Below are positions 33,907-43,651 of a DNA stretch of 52,774 nucleotides, piece after piece (within the stretch, counting starts at the first letter, position 1; each line of letters starts with the position of its first letter). Below the pieces are notes generated by a model, which worked only from the letters and a program-made list of their open reading frames with translations, was not told the DNA's origin and made no database searches. Position numbers and translations under genes: made by a program. Source of the stretch: Candidatus Saccharimonadota bacterium (GTDB lineage: Bacteria > Patescibacteriota > Saccharimonadia > Saccharimonadales > UBA4665); NCBI GenBank assembly GCA_027314885.1, contig DAHUZY010000001.1, positions 1 to 52,774 on the forward strand. The letters are read 5' to 3'.

Positions 33907-34525
33907 ACAAAAAACGAACACATTAAGTAGGTCTTTAAGTAAAAAGACAAGTCAATGAGATATGATATACCTAAAAAATAAATAGGTTGCCCCGAATGCA
34001 GAGTAGAGCAATGAAGTCTTATATCGTAAAAGCGATATAAATTCGTGCGGCAATAGCCATAGGGTAGCGCAAAAACCATACACGGCAGCCATAGTTATAA
34101 CGTCGCACAATGTATATTTTGCGACGTACATATTTACACAACGGCTTATATGAGAACACCCTGCTGCAGGGGAGTAGTTTGGTGTTACTGCCCACACATA
34201 ACTTATTTAAGGCAGACGTCTCTGCGTAATAGTTCTTCCATAGATACTTCCTTGATTTACACTTATGAGCTGCTCGTTGAATAGCCTTACACCCTAGTGC
34301 CCATTTAGTGATATATAACACTATTTGACTTTTCCACAATTGTGTCGTGAAATTATAGCTTTTTCGACTTAATGTAATAATTTCTGCTTTCCCCTGCCTT
34401 GCTCTTAAATTATAAAAAATTTGACATTTGCCCTGCTCAATTATGTTTATATGTATTTTTAAAATAAAAAAGAAATACAGAACTAGTGAACAAAATACGA
34501 ACAATCGGGGTAGAAGAACAGGGGC

Positions 34526-35470
34526 CTACTGGTAATATGAACGGCCGTCTACGCGTACATCGACATAGTGCGCCGGCGTAATGTTTTGGGAATGCAGGAG
34601 TGCAATGGTAGCCAGAAACGTACCCACCTGCTGCCGAGGATCATTATTCTGAAAATTAAACTTAATTATATATGGTTCCCCGCCTATGCCGACATCGAGC
34701 TCATTATTACCGGCTGGCATGGTTAATGAGCTTATTTTATATTGTTTAGCATCTAGTTCCGTAACAACCGTTTGTATAAATGTCACATCACTCATTGGCA
34801 AGGCCTGAGCGGCAGCGCTCTGTATGCTCAAATTCGCATGGTCAATCACCGTCGGAAGCGATAATTCTTGAATGAGCTGACTGCTCGGTTCTGCGATGAT
34901 TGCTTTACCATTCTCATTAACAGCAAAGCTCTGACCATTGTCGAGCTGGAGCACCAATGCAAGCTGTGTCGGCTCAACGTACACTAATAGTTGGTGTGCA
35001 AGTAGCGGCACCGTTATGCTCACGTTTGTAAGCTCTGGAAACTGAGTCTGCAAACCCCTGCCAAGCCCGACGGTGTTAACTGTAATTTTATTCTGATTCC
35101 AAATAGACCGGGACATTATTTTATCGGCAGCCTGCTCGTATACTTGTAGATTGTGGGCCAGGGAGCTAGAAACTACTTTACTCGACCCATTGCTGTTCAA
35201 TGGTATTACTTTGACCGTGTCTGACAGACTCAGAAGCCGAACCGCAAACACTATGATTACTACTAGTAAGACCATTAGCCCAAATCGCTGCAGCCAAACA
35301 TGATTAGCTGAAGACGCTTGAGGTGATCGATGCATATCCGCAACTTCTGTATGATGACTCTGTTTAGCTACTTCGTCGTTCGGGTTGGATCTATAAGTAT
35401 AGCTCGATAATTTGGACCCGAGTTTGGCCTCTTTACTCCGCCGTTTATGTAAAGGTCGGCGCGGCCTCAT
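34526..35470 (-). CDS. FtsQ/DivIB-like cell-division protein (TM plus POTRA-like region)
   Basis: It occupies the position after murG in the dcw cluster, overlapping the murG stop by 4 nt. It has a basic N-terminus, one TM (FGLMVLLVVIIVFAVRLL) and a periplasmic beta-rich domain. Confidence 0.6.
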   Translation of the reverse strand: MRPRRPLHKRRSKEAKLGSKLSSYTYRSNPNDEVAKQSHHTEVADMHRSPQASSANHVWLQRFGLMVLLVVIIVFAVRLLSLSDTVKVIPLNSNGSSKVVSSSLAHNLQVYEQAADKIMSRSIWNQNKITVNTVGLGRGLQTQFPELTNVSITVPLLAHQLLVYVEPTQLALVLQLDNGQSFAVNENGKAIIAEPSSQLIQELSLPTVIDHANLSIQSAAAQALPMSDVTFIQTVVTELDAKQYKISSLTMPAGNNELDVGIGGEPYIIKFNFQNNDPRQQVGTFLATIALLHSQNITPAHYVDVRVDGRSYYQ

Positions 35471-36645
35471 AGCTGCCCCAATATGAGTTGTGCAATCTGG
35501 TCGGCCGCATCAGGTTGCGCTAGACAAGCAAAATTACGACCGAGTTTGTTGCACTCTTCAGGATGCTGAAGTAAGTGCTCAATATGGCGCATAAGTCGTT
35601 TAGAGTCCTTCGTCAGTTCCTCTGCTGTAAGTATAATTGCCGCCCCCTTCCCTTTAAGGTACTCGGCGTTCTTCAGTTGATGCCCGGCAGCTAAGAATGA
35701 GCTCGGTAGCACAATACAAGCCTTACCCTGGATTGAAAACTCTGCCAGGTTAGTCGCCCCTGCCCTGCAAATCACAAGATCTGCGGCCCCACTATATAAA
35801 TAAACGTCATTAATGTAATCATGAATCATGATGCGTTGTCGTAGATGACGATCCGTCACGCTTGTGTCGTATGTTGCTCCAAGCGCCATCTCATTACCCC
35901 TGCCAGCGACATGAACAACATAGAGGTCATGAAACTCATTAATGAGCTGCGCCACGCTATCAGCAACCACTGCATTAACATCTTGAGAGCCCAGGCTACC
36001 ACCAATAATAAAAAGCATCTTGGCCTGAGGGGGGATACCTATCTGCTGACGGTATTTTTTGCGCAGATTCTCAGTAACCGGCTTAAAATTTGTGTTCACT
36101 GGTATGCCAGTAGTCACTGTCTTGTCGGGAGGATATGGGTAGTCTCCCGCATCGAAAGCAACAGCATGGTATCGTGCCCATGGAGCTATCAATCGATTTG
36201 CCAAACTGGGAATAAGATCGGAGTCATGGGTAATATACGGTATATGCTGAAGTTTTGCACCAATTGCGACTGGCACACTGACAAACCCACCCCGGCTAAA
36301 AACGAGGGCTGGTTTGATGCGCGTCATCAGTCGCCAGCTTTGGTATACACCAATAATTACATAGAAGCCATCTCTAATATTCTGAGCCATGGTTGCTATA
36401 TCGAGTAATTGCTTCATGCGGCCATTATGAAATCGTCTTAATTTGCCAGCCCTGACGGCAAATACTTTATCAATATGTGAGTCATGTGCGGGAATGTCGG
36501 CAAAACTATCACCTTTTTTGCCAACATAAATAAGCTGTAGTTTTGGATCGCGACGTTTCAGAGCTGCCGCAACAGATAAAATTGGCATAATGTGTCCGCC
36601 TGAGCCGCCACCGGTGAGAACAACCTTAGGTGACATATTGTTCAA
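35467..36645 (-). CDS. murG: UDP-GlcNAc:lipid I N-acetylglucosaminyltransferase
   Basis: TGGGSGGHIMPILSVAAAL is the G-loop, and IIGGSLGSQ...ICRAGATNLAE is also present. Confidence 0.93.
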   Translation of the reverse strand: MNNMSPKVVLTGGGSGGHIMPILSVAAALKRRDPKLQLIYVGKKGDSFADIPAHDSHIDKVFAVRAGKLRRFHNGRMKQLLDIATMAQNIRDGFYVIIGVYQSWRLMTRIKPALVFSRGGFVSVPVAIGAKLQHIPYITHDSDLIPSLANRLIAPWARYHAVAFDAGDYPYPPDKTVTTGIPVNTNFKPVTENLRKKYRQQIGIPPQAKMLFIIGGSLGSQDVNAVVADSVAQLINEFHDLYVVHVAGRGNEMALGATYDTSVTDRHLRQRIMIHDYINDVYLYSGAADLVICRAGATNLAEFSIQGKACIVLPSSFLAAGHQLKNAEYLKGKGAAIILTAEELTKDSKRLMRHIEHLLQHPEECNKLGRNFACLAQPDAADQIAQLILGQL

Positions 36646-37892
36646 TAATCTGCCCTCCGTAAAGTATTGCGATGGAATGAGCGCCGGCCATCAGATGATG
36701 AAGGAGGTTGTGATGTTGGCACCTTCAGGGCTGTGTATTGCGACAACTGATATACCAACCCTATAGCTGCCGCTGAGAAAACTACGCTCGTGCCACCGTA
36801 ACTAATAAACGGCAGCGTGATGCCTTTGAGCGGCAATAAACCGACCATACCACCGATGTTAACAAGCGCTTGAACGCTGAACCAAGTCAGTACACCAACG
36901 ACCAACAGACGACTGAAATCATCAGGTAAACGCTCAGCAATGCTCTTCAAGCGTGCAAAAAGTAGTCCAAAAATCGCCACCAGGATGATGCACCCAATAA
37001 AACCAAACTTTTCCGCATAAATTGCGAAGATCGAATCGTTCGCTGCCTCTGGCTCATAGCCATAAGCTTGCACACTATTTCCCAGACCCAAACCAAACAA
37101 ACCCCCCGATCCAACAGAGATAATCGACTGGCAAGCCTGATAGCCAGTTGTTTGGCAATTAGTATCAGGGTGCAGAAACGTTTCCAAACGAGCTCGCCTA
37201 TAGGGAACTGCTGAGATCGCTAAGACAAGCACGATTAGTATTGCGCCTGCAATCATCATAATTCGCTTCATGGGTATGCCGGCGACATACGCCATGACAC
37301 CCATCATGATTACCAAAATACCCGTAGACCCAAGGTCGCTCTGTACGCCAGCGATAATAATCCCCATAGCAAACAAAGCAACCAATAAAGGCTGGAGCGT
37401 CTTCCGAAGACTCTTAATAGTATTTGTACGTATACGCTCTGCCAAAAAATGAGCAATCCAAATGAGAACCGCAAATGTAACTAGCTCAACAGACTCAAAA
37501 GAAAGACCACCAAAACGGACCCATCGATGTGCAGGGTACATAGGGTTAACCGGTATGGCCAGTGCTAATAGTGTTGCGAATCCAGCGAGCAAAAGCAATG
37601 CTTTATATGATCGCCGCCATGTCGTTATAGGTATTTTTGCAGTAATAAAAAAGGCAACTGCACTGAGTACAATTGCAATTATCTGCTTGATGACATAGTA
37701 GTTATTGCCGACATTATTGGTCAACGCCAAAGCGGGACTAATAGAGTAAATGACAATAAGGCCAATAAGCAGCAAAATACCGCACGCCGTCACCAACCAA
37801 TAGTCCGGCTTATGTTTGCGGCCGAGCTGTACGACCCCTTCCCCTGGGGATAGATCGAGCCACGCAATTATACTTTTTCTTTGAGGACGCAT
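36642..37892 (-). CDS. ftsW: FtsW/RodA/SpoVE-family peptidoglycan glycosyltransferase
   Basis: A ~10-TM SEDS protein with motifs GGLFGLGLGNS and LPLKGITLPFISYGGTS. The start is trimmed to Met25 of the track ORF (37892), 5 nt after the mraY stop, which avoids a 67-nt overlap. Confidence 0.88.
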   Translation of the reverse strand: MRPQRKSIIAWLDLSPGEGVVQLGRKHKPDYWLVTACGILLLIGLIVIYSISPALALTNNVGNNYYVIKQIIAIVLSAVAFFITAKIPITTWRRSYKALLLLAGFATLLALAIPVNPMYPAHRWVRFGGLSFESVELVTFAVLIWIAHFLAERIRTNTIKSLRKTLQPLLVALFAMGIIIAGVQSDLGSTGILVIMMGVMAYVAGIPMKRIMMIAGAILIVLVLAISAVPYRRARLETFLHPDTNCQTTGYQACQSIISVGSGGLFGLGLGNSVQAYGYEPEAANDSIFAIYAEKFGFIGCIILVAIFGLLFARLKSIAERLPDDFSRLLVVGVLTWFSVQALVNIGGMVGLLPLKGITLPFISYGGTSVVFSAAAIGLVYQLSQYTALKVPTSQPPSSSDGRRSFHRNTLRRADY

Positions 37893-37897
37893 TGACT

Positions 37898-38941
37898 CTA
37901 GCCTCGCCTTCCAAGTAAAAATATAATCAGCCCGATAACACTGGCTATCTGGCCGAGAATCCAAAAACGCATAGTGACTTTTGTTTCCGGCCAGCCGATC
38001 GCTTCAAAGTGATGATGAATTGGTGAGGATAAGAATACTTTCTTGCCGTGCCGAAGTCTTCGTGACAGACGATTAATAATGACTGATCCGGTTTCCATCA
38101 CATAGACCGCACCGATAACTGGCAGAATGTATACAGTATTAGTCTGAAACGCAATAATGCCGAGCGCCGTTCCGAGAGCAAACGCCCCGACGTCACCCAT
38201 AAAGAAACGCGCAGGATAAATATTAAACCAAGTGTAACTAAGTAATGTGCCGACGATAGTTAAGCAAAAGCCAGCCAGCGCAAACTTGCTCTCTACAATG
38301 CAAATGATAGCATACGCCATAAATGAAGATGTCAGCAATCCGCCAGCCAGACCATCTAAGCCATCGCTCAGATCAACAGATATAGCGGTGGCAATCACGA
38401 CGAACCAAAACAGTGCAATAATCAATATGCCAAGGTGCCATTGATTGTGTGCAATCCAGGGTAAATACATAGAGTGGACCCCGAGCTTGGCATAAAACCA
38501 CCAACCACTTATAAGAATTAGGATACTGTATAAGCTGAACTTCAATCGAGCGCTCATGCCGGCAACGTTATTATGGCTACGGATGTTCATAAAATCATCA
38601 ATCAAGCCAATACAAGCCGCTCCTATGAGTCCTGCCAGCGGTAGCCACGTTTGGCCTCGATGCAAATTAGCAATGAGCGTAACAGTACTGACTGCCAACA
38701 CAAAAATAAGCCCTGCCATGGTTGGGATGTTGCGTTTATGCTTTTCGGCGTGTAACTTGGCATAAACAACCGCCGTGCCCCCGGACCAGGCCTCAGTTCT
38801 CTGGCGTTTCCACCACTGTTTTTTATAGGCTATAGTGGTATAAAGCGGAGTAATAATCATGCTCAATACAAACCCAAAGAAAGCTAGTGATAGAATGCTC
38901 ACTAAGTCATGACTAGTAATGGTAATGTGCAGCGTGTTCAT
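37898..38941 (-). CDS. mraY: Phospho-N-acetylmuramoyl-pentapeptide transferase
   Basis: Contains GLIDDFMNI, DGLDGLAGG, FMGDVGAFALG and SSPIHHHFE. Confidence 0.93.
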   Translation of the reverse strand: MNTLHITITSHDLVSILSLAFFGFVLSMIITPLYTTIAYKKQWWKRQRTEAWSGGTAVVYAKLHAEKHKRNIPTMAGLIFVLAVSTVTLIANLHRGQTWLPLAGLIGAACIGLIDDFMNIRSHNNVAGMSARLKFSLYSILILISGWWFYAKLGVHSMYLPWIAHNQWHLGILIIALFWFVVIATAISVDLSDGLDGLAGGLLTSSFMAYAIICIVESKFALAGFCLTIVGTLLSYTWFNIYPARFFMGDVGAFALGTALGIIAFQTNTVYILPVIGAVYVMETGSVIINRLSRRLRHGKKVFLSSPIHHHFEAIGWPETKVTMRFWILGQIASVIGLIIFLLGRRG

Positions 38942-39060
38942 GCCGTTTGCTTACCTTGTATTATAGCATCTTGACTGATAAATATTTGGGCTGGAAGCCA
39001 ACATTGAACATTAGTTTTTGGGTAATTGTTTGCGGTCATAGAATATCCCTCATGCTTTTC

Positions 39061-40842
39061 CTACGTTTTCGGTGTTACGAACGAGTCATTGATGAGCATA
39101 TGTGCCAAGTCTGCAAAGACTGGTTGACCACCATAAGAGCCGGCGTAACCAGGAGTGCCTGGTTTAATATTGAAGACCACAATTAAATACTGCGGCCGAT
39201 CGCCGCCCACAAAACCTATGTATGTACCATTATAGAGATTCTTATAATACCCGCCACCGTTTGGTTTTGCGATTTGGGCTGTACCTGTTTTTCCGCCAAC
39301 TATGTAATTGGAAGGAAAGTTCATGAAAGAGAAGCCGAAGCGCAAATAGCTCTTCACGACGTTCTCCATCAGCGGCTCAAGCTCACCGCCAATGTTTGGC
39401 TTAACGGTGTGCCTGATGAGTACTTTTGGCTGATCGACAATTACTTTACCGCTGGGAGTAATTACTTTGGACACCAGTGTTGGCTGATAATAAGTACCGC
39501 CGTTGAGTACACTTGAAAGAGCCGCCCCCATCTGTAGCGCCGTCACCTGCACTCCCTGTCCGAACGACGTATTAGCATACCTCAAGTCTATACTCGGATC
39601 ATTCGGGTTTGGTGGCGGTACATATCCAGCAGACTCATAACCTTGTTGTATACCAGTAGGTTTGCCAAAATGAAAATGGTTCACCAGGTAGTTGTGCCAG
39701 CTATAGATGCCCTTCATATTAATTTGCGTACCACCTACATGGCTCATCTGCATAAGCATCCAGGTTGCTCCAGTGTTTAGTGAAAGCGCTAATATGCTCG
39801 CAATGTTCTGCTCACGCGCACTTCCATCCGGCTTAATATCGTGGACGTTGAACCCATTAATTACCCAGTGCATGGGGTCGTAATATGCTTCATTGGGCTG
39901 AATTACACCCAAATCAAGCGCCGCAGGAGTAGTCAAGGTTTTCATTATAGAACCAGGCTCAATGGCATTCGTTACGGCAGCATTCATAAACAGCCTTGGA
40001 TTAGTGACATTTTGGTAATTGCTTGGATTATAGGTCGGGTAATTGGCCATTGCATCGATCTGACCGTTATACGGGTTCATAATAAGAGCACTGAGGCCCT
40101 GAGATTTGGTCTTTTTATAATCTGTTTTGAGTATTTTCTCCATTTGTGCCTGCATCGGTAGGTTAAGGGTAGTCACCACCGTGTCTCCGCTCACTGGCGA
40201 CGTCTGTATGTTACCCTTATTGGCAGCCAGAGGCACGCCGGCAGCATCGGTCACCGCCCTTACCCTTCCCGGTGTTCCGGCAAGCTCTTTATTGAGTGCT
40301 TGCTCAAGCCCATACTCACCGACACCGTTACTATTTACAAACCCGAGAACCTGTGATGCGAGGCTGCCGTCAGGATATACACGATAGTCTCGACCTAGTG
40401 TATTAATGCCCGGTAGCTGGAAAGATAGAATTTTCTTATTCTGAGCAGGGCTTATTTTCCTTGCAAGCACCACGTACTGCGTGTGCGGAATGTGCATCAA
40501 TTTTTCATATTGACTGGGGTTGCCGCCAATTACCTGGCTGATCTTTGCCGCTGTTTTAGACACGTTCTTGATAAGAGGCGGATCTGCATAAAGCTTATAA
40601 AGTTTTTGGTTTAAGACAAGCGGTACAACACTATTGCCGTCATAAGCCTCAATAATACCCCGAGTAGCTGGAATCTGATACGCTTTGAGCTGGTCATTTA
40701 AGGCAGCGGCTTTATAGTGGCCATACTCAATAACTTGGACATAAAATAAACGTATCACGTATATCACAATGACCAGCACTAAACAGCCGTAGATTATACG
40801 GACACGTTGTACCGACTGAGTAACCATTGGCCTTTCTGACAC
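39061..40842 (-). CDS. ftsI: Class B penicillin-binding protein (FtsI-type transpeptidase)
   Basis: N-terminal TM. SIMK is the SxxK motif, SLN the SxN motif and KTGTA the KTG motif. GTG start. Confidence 0.9.
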   Translation of the reverse strand: MSERPMVTQSVQRVRIIYGCLVLVIVIYVIRLFYVQVIEYGHYKAAALNDQLKAYQIPATRGIIEAYDGNSVVPLVLNQKLYKLYADPPLIKNVSKTAAKISQVIGGNPSQYEKLMHIPHTQYVVLARKISPAQNKKILSFQLPGINTLGRDYRVYPDGSLASQVLGFVNSNGVGEYGLEQALNKELAGTPGRVRAVTDAAGVPLAANKGNIQTSPVSGDTVVTTLNLPMQAQMEKILKTDYKKTKSQGLSALIMNPYNGQIDAMANYPTYNPSNYQNVTNPRLFMNAAVTNAIEPGSIMKTLTTPAALDLGVIQPNEAYYDPMHWVINGFNVHDIKPDGSAREQNIASILALSLNTGATWMLMQMSHVGGTQINMKGIYSWHNYLVNHFHFGKPTGIQQGYESAGYVPPPNPNDPSIDLRYANTSFGQGVQVTALQMGAALSSVLNGGTYYQPTLVSKVITPSGKVIVDQPKVLIRHTVKPNIGGELEPLMENVVKSYLRFGFSFMNFPSNYIVGGKTGTAQIAKPNGGGYYKNLYNGTYIGFVGGDRPQYLIVVFNIKPGTPGYAGSYGGQPVFADLAHMLINDSFVTPKT

Positions 40843-40857
40843 GCTTTACCCTTTCCG

Positions 40858-41205
40858 CTACTGCTGTATGGTGGCTGAAGGAGTAACGGGTACCATATTT
40901 TTGGCTACAGTACTATTCGCAACACGATTAAGCGACTGCAGCTGGGCAGATGCTACTTGAAGGTTTTGATACTGGTTTTGCAGCTGGCTTTGGGCTTGCT
41001 GCAAGTTATTGATTTGAAAACCGTACGCATTTGTCTTAGTCATCTGGGTCATGTAGAGGAGACCGAGTAGACATGCCAGTACAACTAGCGTGACAGTATT
41101 GCTGATAGGGCCAAACGTACGAGCTTGAGCTCGAAAGCTGACTGAGTTTTGATTGCGACCTGAAAAACGTGCACGGTTCATGGCCAGAGAGCTTGAATAT
41201 GTCAT
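40858..41205 (-). CDS. FtsL-like small bitopic division protein
   Basis: It lies between rsmH and ftsI. One TM (TLVVLACLLGLLYMT) is followed by the heptad-like QINNLQQAQSQLQNQYQNLQVASAQLQS. Confidence 0.6.
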   Translation of the reverse strand: MTYSSSLAMNRARFSGRNQNSVSFRAQARTFGPISNTVTLVVLACLLGLLYMTQMTKTNAYGFQINNLQQAQSQLQNQYQNLQVASAQLQSLNRVANSTVAKNMVPVTPSATIQQ

Positions 41206-41232
41206 CTTCTTTCCTTTCTATTTTATATTTTG

Positions 41233-41263
41233 GTTCCAGCTCCCTTATAGCGAGAGCTGGAAC
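41233..41263. other. Perfect 10-bp stem hairpin between rsmH and ftsL
   Basis: gttccagctc (41233-41242) pairs with gagctggaac (41254-41263), leaving an 11-nt loop. No adjacent T-run on either strand. Confidence 0.6.
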
Positions 41264-41312
41264 AGTGTTACCTATTTAGACCACGCGAACGTGAATCTTA
41301 TAGGCTCGGGAG

Positions 41313-42278
41313 CTACTTTTTACCCGTATAGGCATGTGAGTTCCCTTTCTTGTTTATTTTCACTGCGGCACGCAATTTTGCACTGCGGGCACGCGGATTA
41401 TGGACTACTTCTGAGGGACTGGGCGTCACAGGATGCTTAGTGAGTAGCTTAAGCTGCGCGTCATAGCGTTCACCGGACTCTGCTTGTAGTGCTCTTTTGA
41501 CAAGACGATCTTCAAGACTGTGAAAGCTGATGACCACAATCCTGCCCGACGGTGCAAGCAAGTCAAACCAGAGCGGCAAGCTATGTTCAAGGAGATACAA
41601 CTCATCATTGACTGCAATTCTGAGTGCTTGGAAAGTCCGCGTTGCAGGATGAACTCTATAATGACCCGGCCAGACGCGTGCCACAACTAATGCCAATTCT
41701 GTGGTACTCGTGAACGGCCGATAGTTTATGATCGCTCTAGCAATCGCGGCAGCTTTCGGCTCCTCTCCATAGCGCCTAAGCAAATCAGTCAGCGCTGCCT
41801 CGCTATATGTATTCACTATAGTTTCAGCAGTTAAGTCTTGCGACTGATCCATGCGCATATCCAGTGGTCCTTCGGTTTTGATAGCAAAACCACGCTGACC
41901 CTCGTTAAGGTGCGGTGACGATGTCCCCAAATCAGCCAAAATAAGGTCAAATTGCCGCTTAGCTGCGTACAATTCGCCTGCTGCAGTGAGGAAATCTTGA
42001 TTTCTGATCTCCACGCCATTTTTACCACTGAATTTTTGTTTCAGCTGCGCTATGGCTGCTTGGTCACGATCTACCAAGACTACTGGTGAGAGGCTTCCAG
42101 CACATCCCAGTACCGCCTCGGCATGTCCTCCGTAACCTGCCGTCAGGTCCAGATAAGAATTACCTGGCTGAGGATCAAGGTACTTCAGGACTTCGTCAAG
42201 TAATACCGGTATATGTTGAAGATTATTTTGGTTTTTGTTTTGGTGCATCTTTGCTTGTGTTTGTGTTTGCAAGGTCAC
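41313..42278 (-). CDS. rsmH: 16S rRNA (cytosine1402-N4)-methyltransferase
   Basis: Contains HIPVLLDEVLKYL, DLTAGYGGHAEAVL, LADLGTSSPHL and SFHSLEDR. GTG start in the track; the Met at 42248 (MHQNKNQ...) is an alternative. Confidence 0.93.
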   Translation of the reverse strand: MTLQTQTQAKMHQNKNQNNLQHIPVLLDEVLKYLDPQPGNSYLDLTAGYGGHAEAVLGCAGSLSPVVLVDRDQAAIAQLKQKFSGKNGVEIRNQDFLTAAGELYAAKRQFDLILADLGTSSPHLNEGQRGFAIKTEGPLDMRMDQSQDLTAETIVNTYSEAALTDLLRRYGEEPKAAAIARAIINYRPFTSTTELALVVARVWPGHYRVHPATRTFQALRIAVNDELYLLEHSLPLWFDLLAPSGRIVVISFHSLEDRLVKRALQAESGERYDAQLKLLTKHPVTPSPSEVVHNPRARSAKLRAAVKINKKGNSHAYTGKK

Positions 42279-42527
42279 CTAACCGGTAGCCAACTTTTTG
42301 TTTTTATGAATGTTTTTGTTTTTGGTTGACACGGCAAATTGTAAAGTTACGATTCGCCACGTCGAGTTTGAGAGACTTATGTGTGAGGTGGAGTTTTGGG
42401 AGGTGTTTTTGAAAGGTACAAAGCGTTTTTTAAAGTGGTGTGCTCAAATGTTCCACATGTTGACTACCGATTAGCTGATCTCGAGGGTCTTCTATTTTTA
42501 ATTGTTAAGGAACTTCGTTGCAAGCGG

Positions 42528-42896
42528 CTACTCAACCGGTGGAGCCATCAGGCGCCAATACTGCCCGACACCGACAGCTACCAGGTCACGCTCGATTCCC
42601 GCGTAATCCAGTAGGTGCTGCTCTACCGTAATGCGCCCTTGCTTGCCATCTGGCATTTGCTCGACCTTACCCATTCGAAACTGAACGTTAAGATCTGCAA
42701 TCCGCTCATCGAGAATATCCCCAGCCAAACGTGGTTCTACAAGATTGTTCCAAACATCTTTAGGGTAAAGATGGAGGTACTTGCCGAAACCCCTAGTGAT
42801 AACTGCCCCGCTCGCAAACTGATGACGTAACTCAGGAGGTATTGTTAACCTCCGCTTGTCATCCAGCTTCCTTTCGAAGTAGTCTACTGTGGCCAT
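42528..42896 (-). CDS. mraZ: Transcriptional regulator MraZ (two SpoVT-AbrB repeats)
   Basis: LDDKRRLTIPPELR and DGKQGRITVEQHLLDYAGI are the two DxxGR-like repeats. It heads the dcw cluster. Confidence 0.85.
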   Translation of the reverse strand: MATVDYFERKLDDKRRLTIPPELRHQFASGAVITRGFGKYLHLYPKDVWNNLVEPRLAGDILDERIADLNVQFRMGKVEQMPDGKQGRITVEQHLLDYAGIERDLVAVGVGQYWRLMAPPVE

Positions 42897-42956
42897 GGCA
42901 TTCCCTTAAGCTACTAGTGGTTTTTTTATTTTTCGAAATGGTACGCTATTTTGCCG

Positions 42957-42994
42957 CACCACTTCTACCCACTTCCATGAGTGTACTACCCACT
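42957..42994 (-). promoter_or_regulatory. Direct repeats upstream of mraZ (candidate MraZ operator)
   Basis: On the coding strand AGTGGGTAG occurs twice (42973-42965 and 42994-42986), spaced 21 bp apart. A third, degenerate copy AGTGGTG is at 42963-42957. The repeats lie 60-100 nt upstream of the mraZ ATG. MraZ proteins are known to bind short direct G-rich repeats. Confidence 0.45.
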
Positions 42995-43135
42995 ATAACC
43001 CCCTGCAAGTGATAATATGATAAATAGTAGTGTTTCTAACACCACTTATCCACAGATTTTTCAGGGGTAATCATGAAAACACAATATGTAGCGCTTTGAC
43101 CAATCAGCTAGACGCTAGGGAAGTATATTGCTCGC

Positions 43136-43606
43136 TTACTGACCGTGCGAACGTTCGGAGCTAGGGTGACTTGTTTCTGTGATATTGGGAAAGTTGATGG
43201 GCTGAGAATTGTGCTCATCTTCCAGAACCTTGTGAGCCAATGCCCCCTCATTAGGTGCACCGACACTCTTTATGCCACTGTTGAGCGCATAACCCGCTCC
43301 ACCGACAGCTAGTGTAGCCACAGCTAGGCCTGCAGCTAATTTCTTTAAACGGGGCCGTGATCTTCCTTGCTCTGCTGCGTCCATACTCGCTTCTCGTTCT
43401 TCTTCATAAGTTAACGATGCTTCTGTCCGTCGAACAGCCTCTTTCACGTTAGCTGGGGACGAAACAGGTGAGCGAGAGTATTCAAAAACACGGCCTTGAC
43501 GTCGACGTTCAGATATACCTTCTGATTTAGCGACAACTCTATCTGTAGCTGTGCCAAATTGATCCTCTAATAATATTTTTTCATTTTTCGTTAGTTTGTG
43601 TACCAT
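43136..43606 (-). CDS. Hypothetical single-pass membrane protein
   Basis: ORF with a charged N-terminal half and one TM (LAAGLAVATLAVGGAGYAL). No family recognised. Confidence 0.4.
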   Translation of the reverse strand: MVHKLTKNEKILLEDQFGTATDRVVAKSEGISERRRQGRVFEYSRSPVSSPANVKEAVRRTEASLTYEEEREASMDAAEQGRSRPRLKKLAAGLAVATLAVGGAGYALNSGIKSVGAPNEGALAHKVLEDEHNSQPINFPNITETSHPSSERSHGQ

Positions 43607-43651
43607 GTTATCTACCTTATCATATATTTGTTAATAAATCAAGCATAAGTT

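Noticed and set aside
34130-34160. ACACAACGGCUUAU on the plus strand, resembling the 3' strand of RNase P P4
   Set aside because: The only possible partner (GAAGUC at about 34012) is just 140 nt upstream. No GGGUGAAA or other conserved RNase P elements are present, so the distance and content do not fit RNase P RNA.
34019-34504. 161-aa (and nested 81-aa) minus-strand ORFs in the AT-rich gap
   Set aside because: They have a TTG start and extreme K/R/Y/C/I composition with no motifs. This looks like a chance open frame in AT-rich DNA, so it was not annotated as a CDS.
42396-42614. 72-aa plus-strand ORF in the mraZ-rsmH gap
   Set aside because: It has a TTG start, runs antisense into the mraZ coding region, and has no motifs. 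It is probably spurious, and the gap is reported as unexplained instead.
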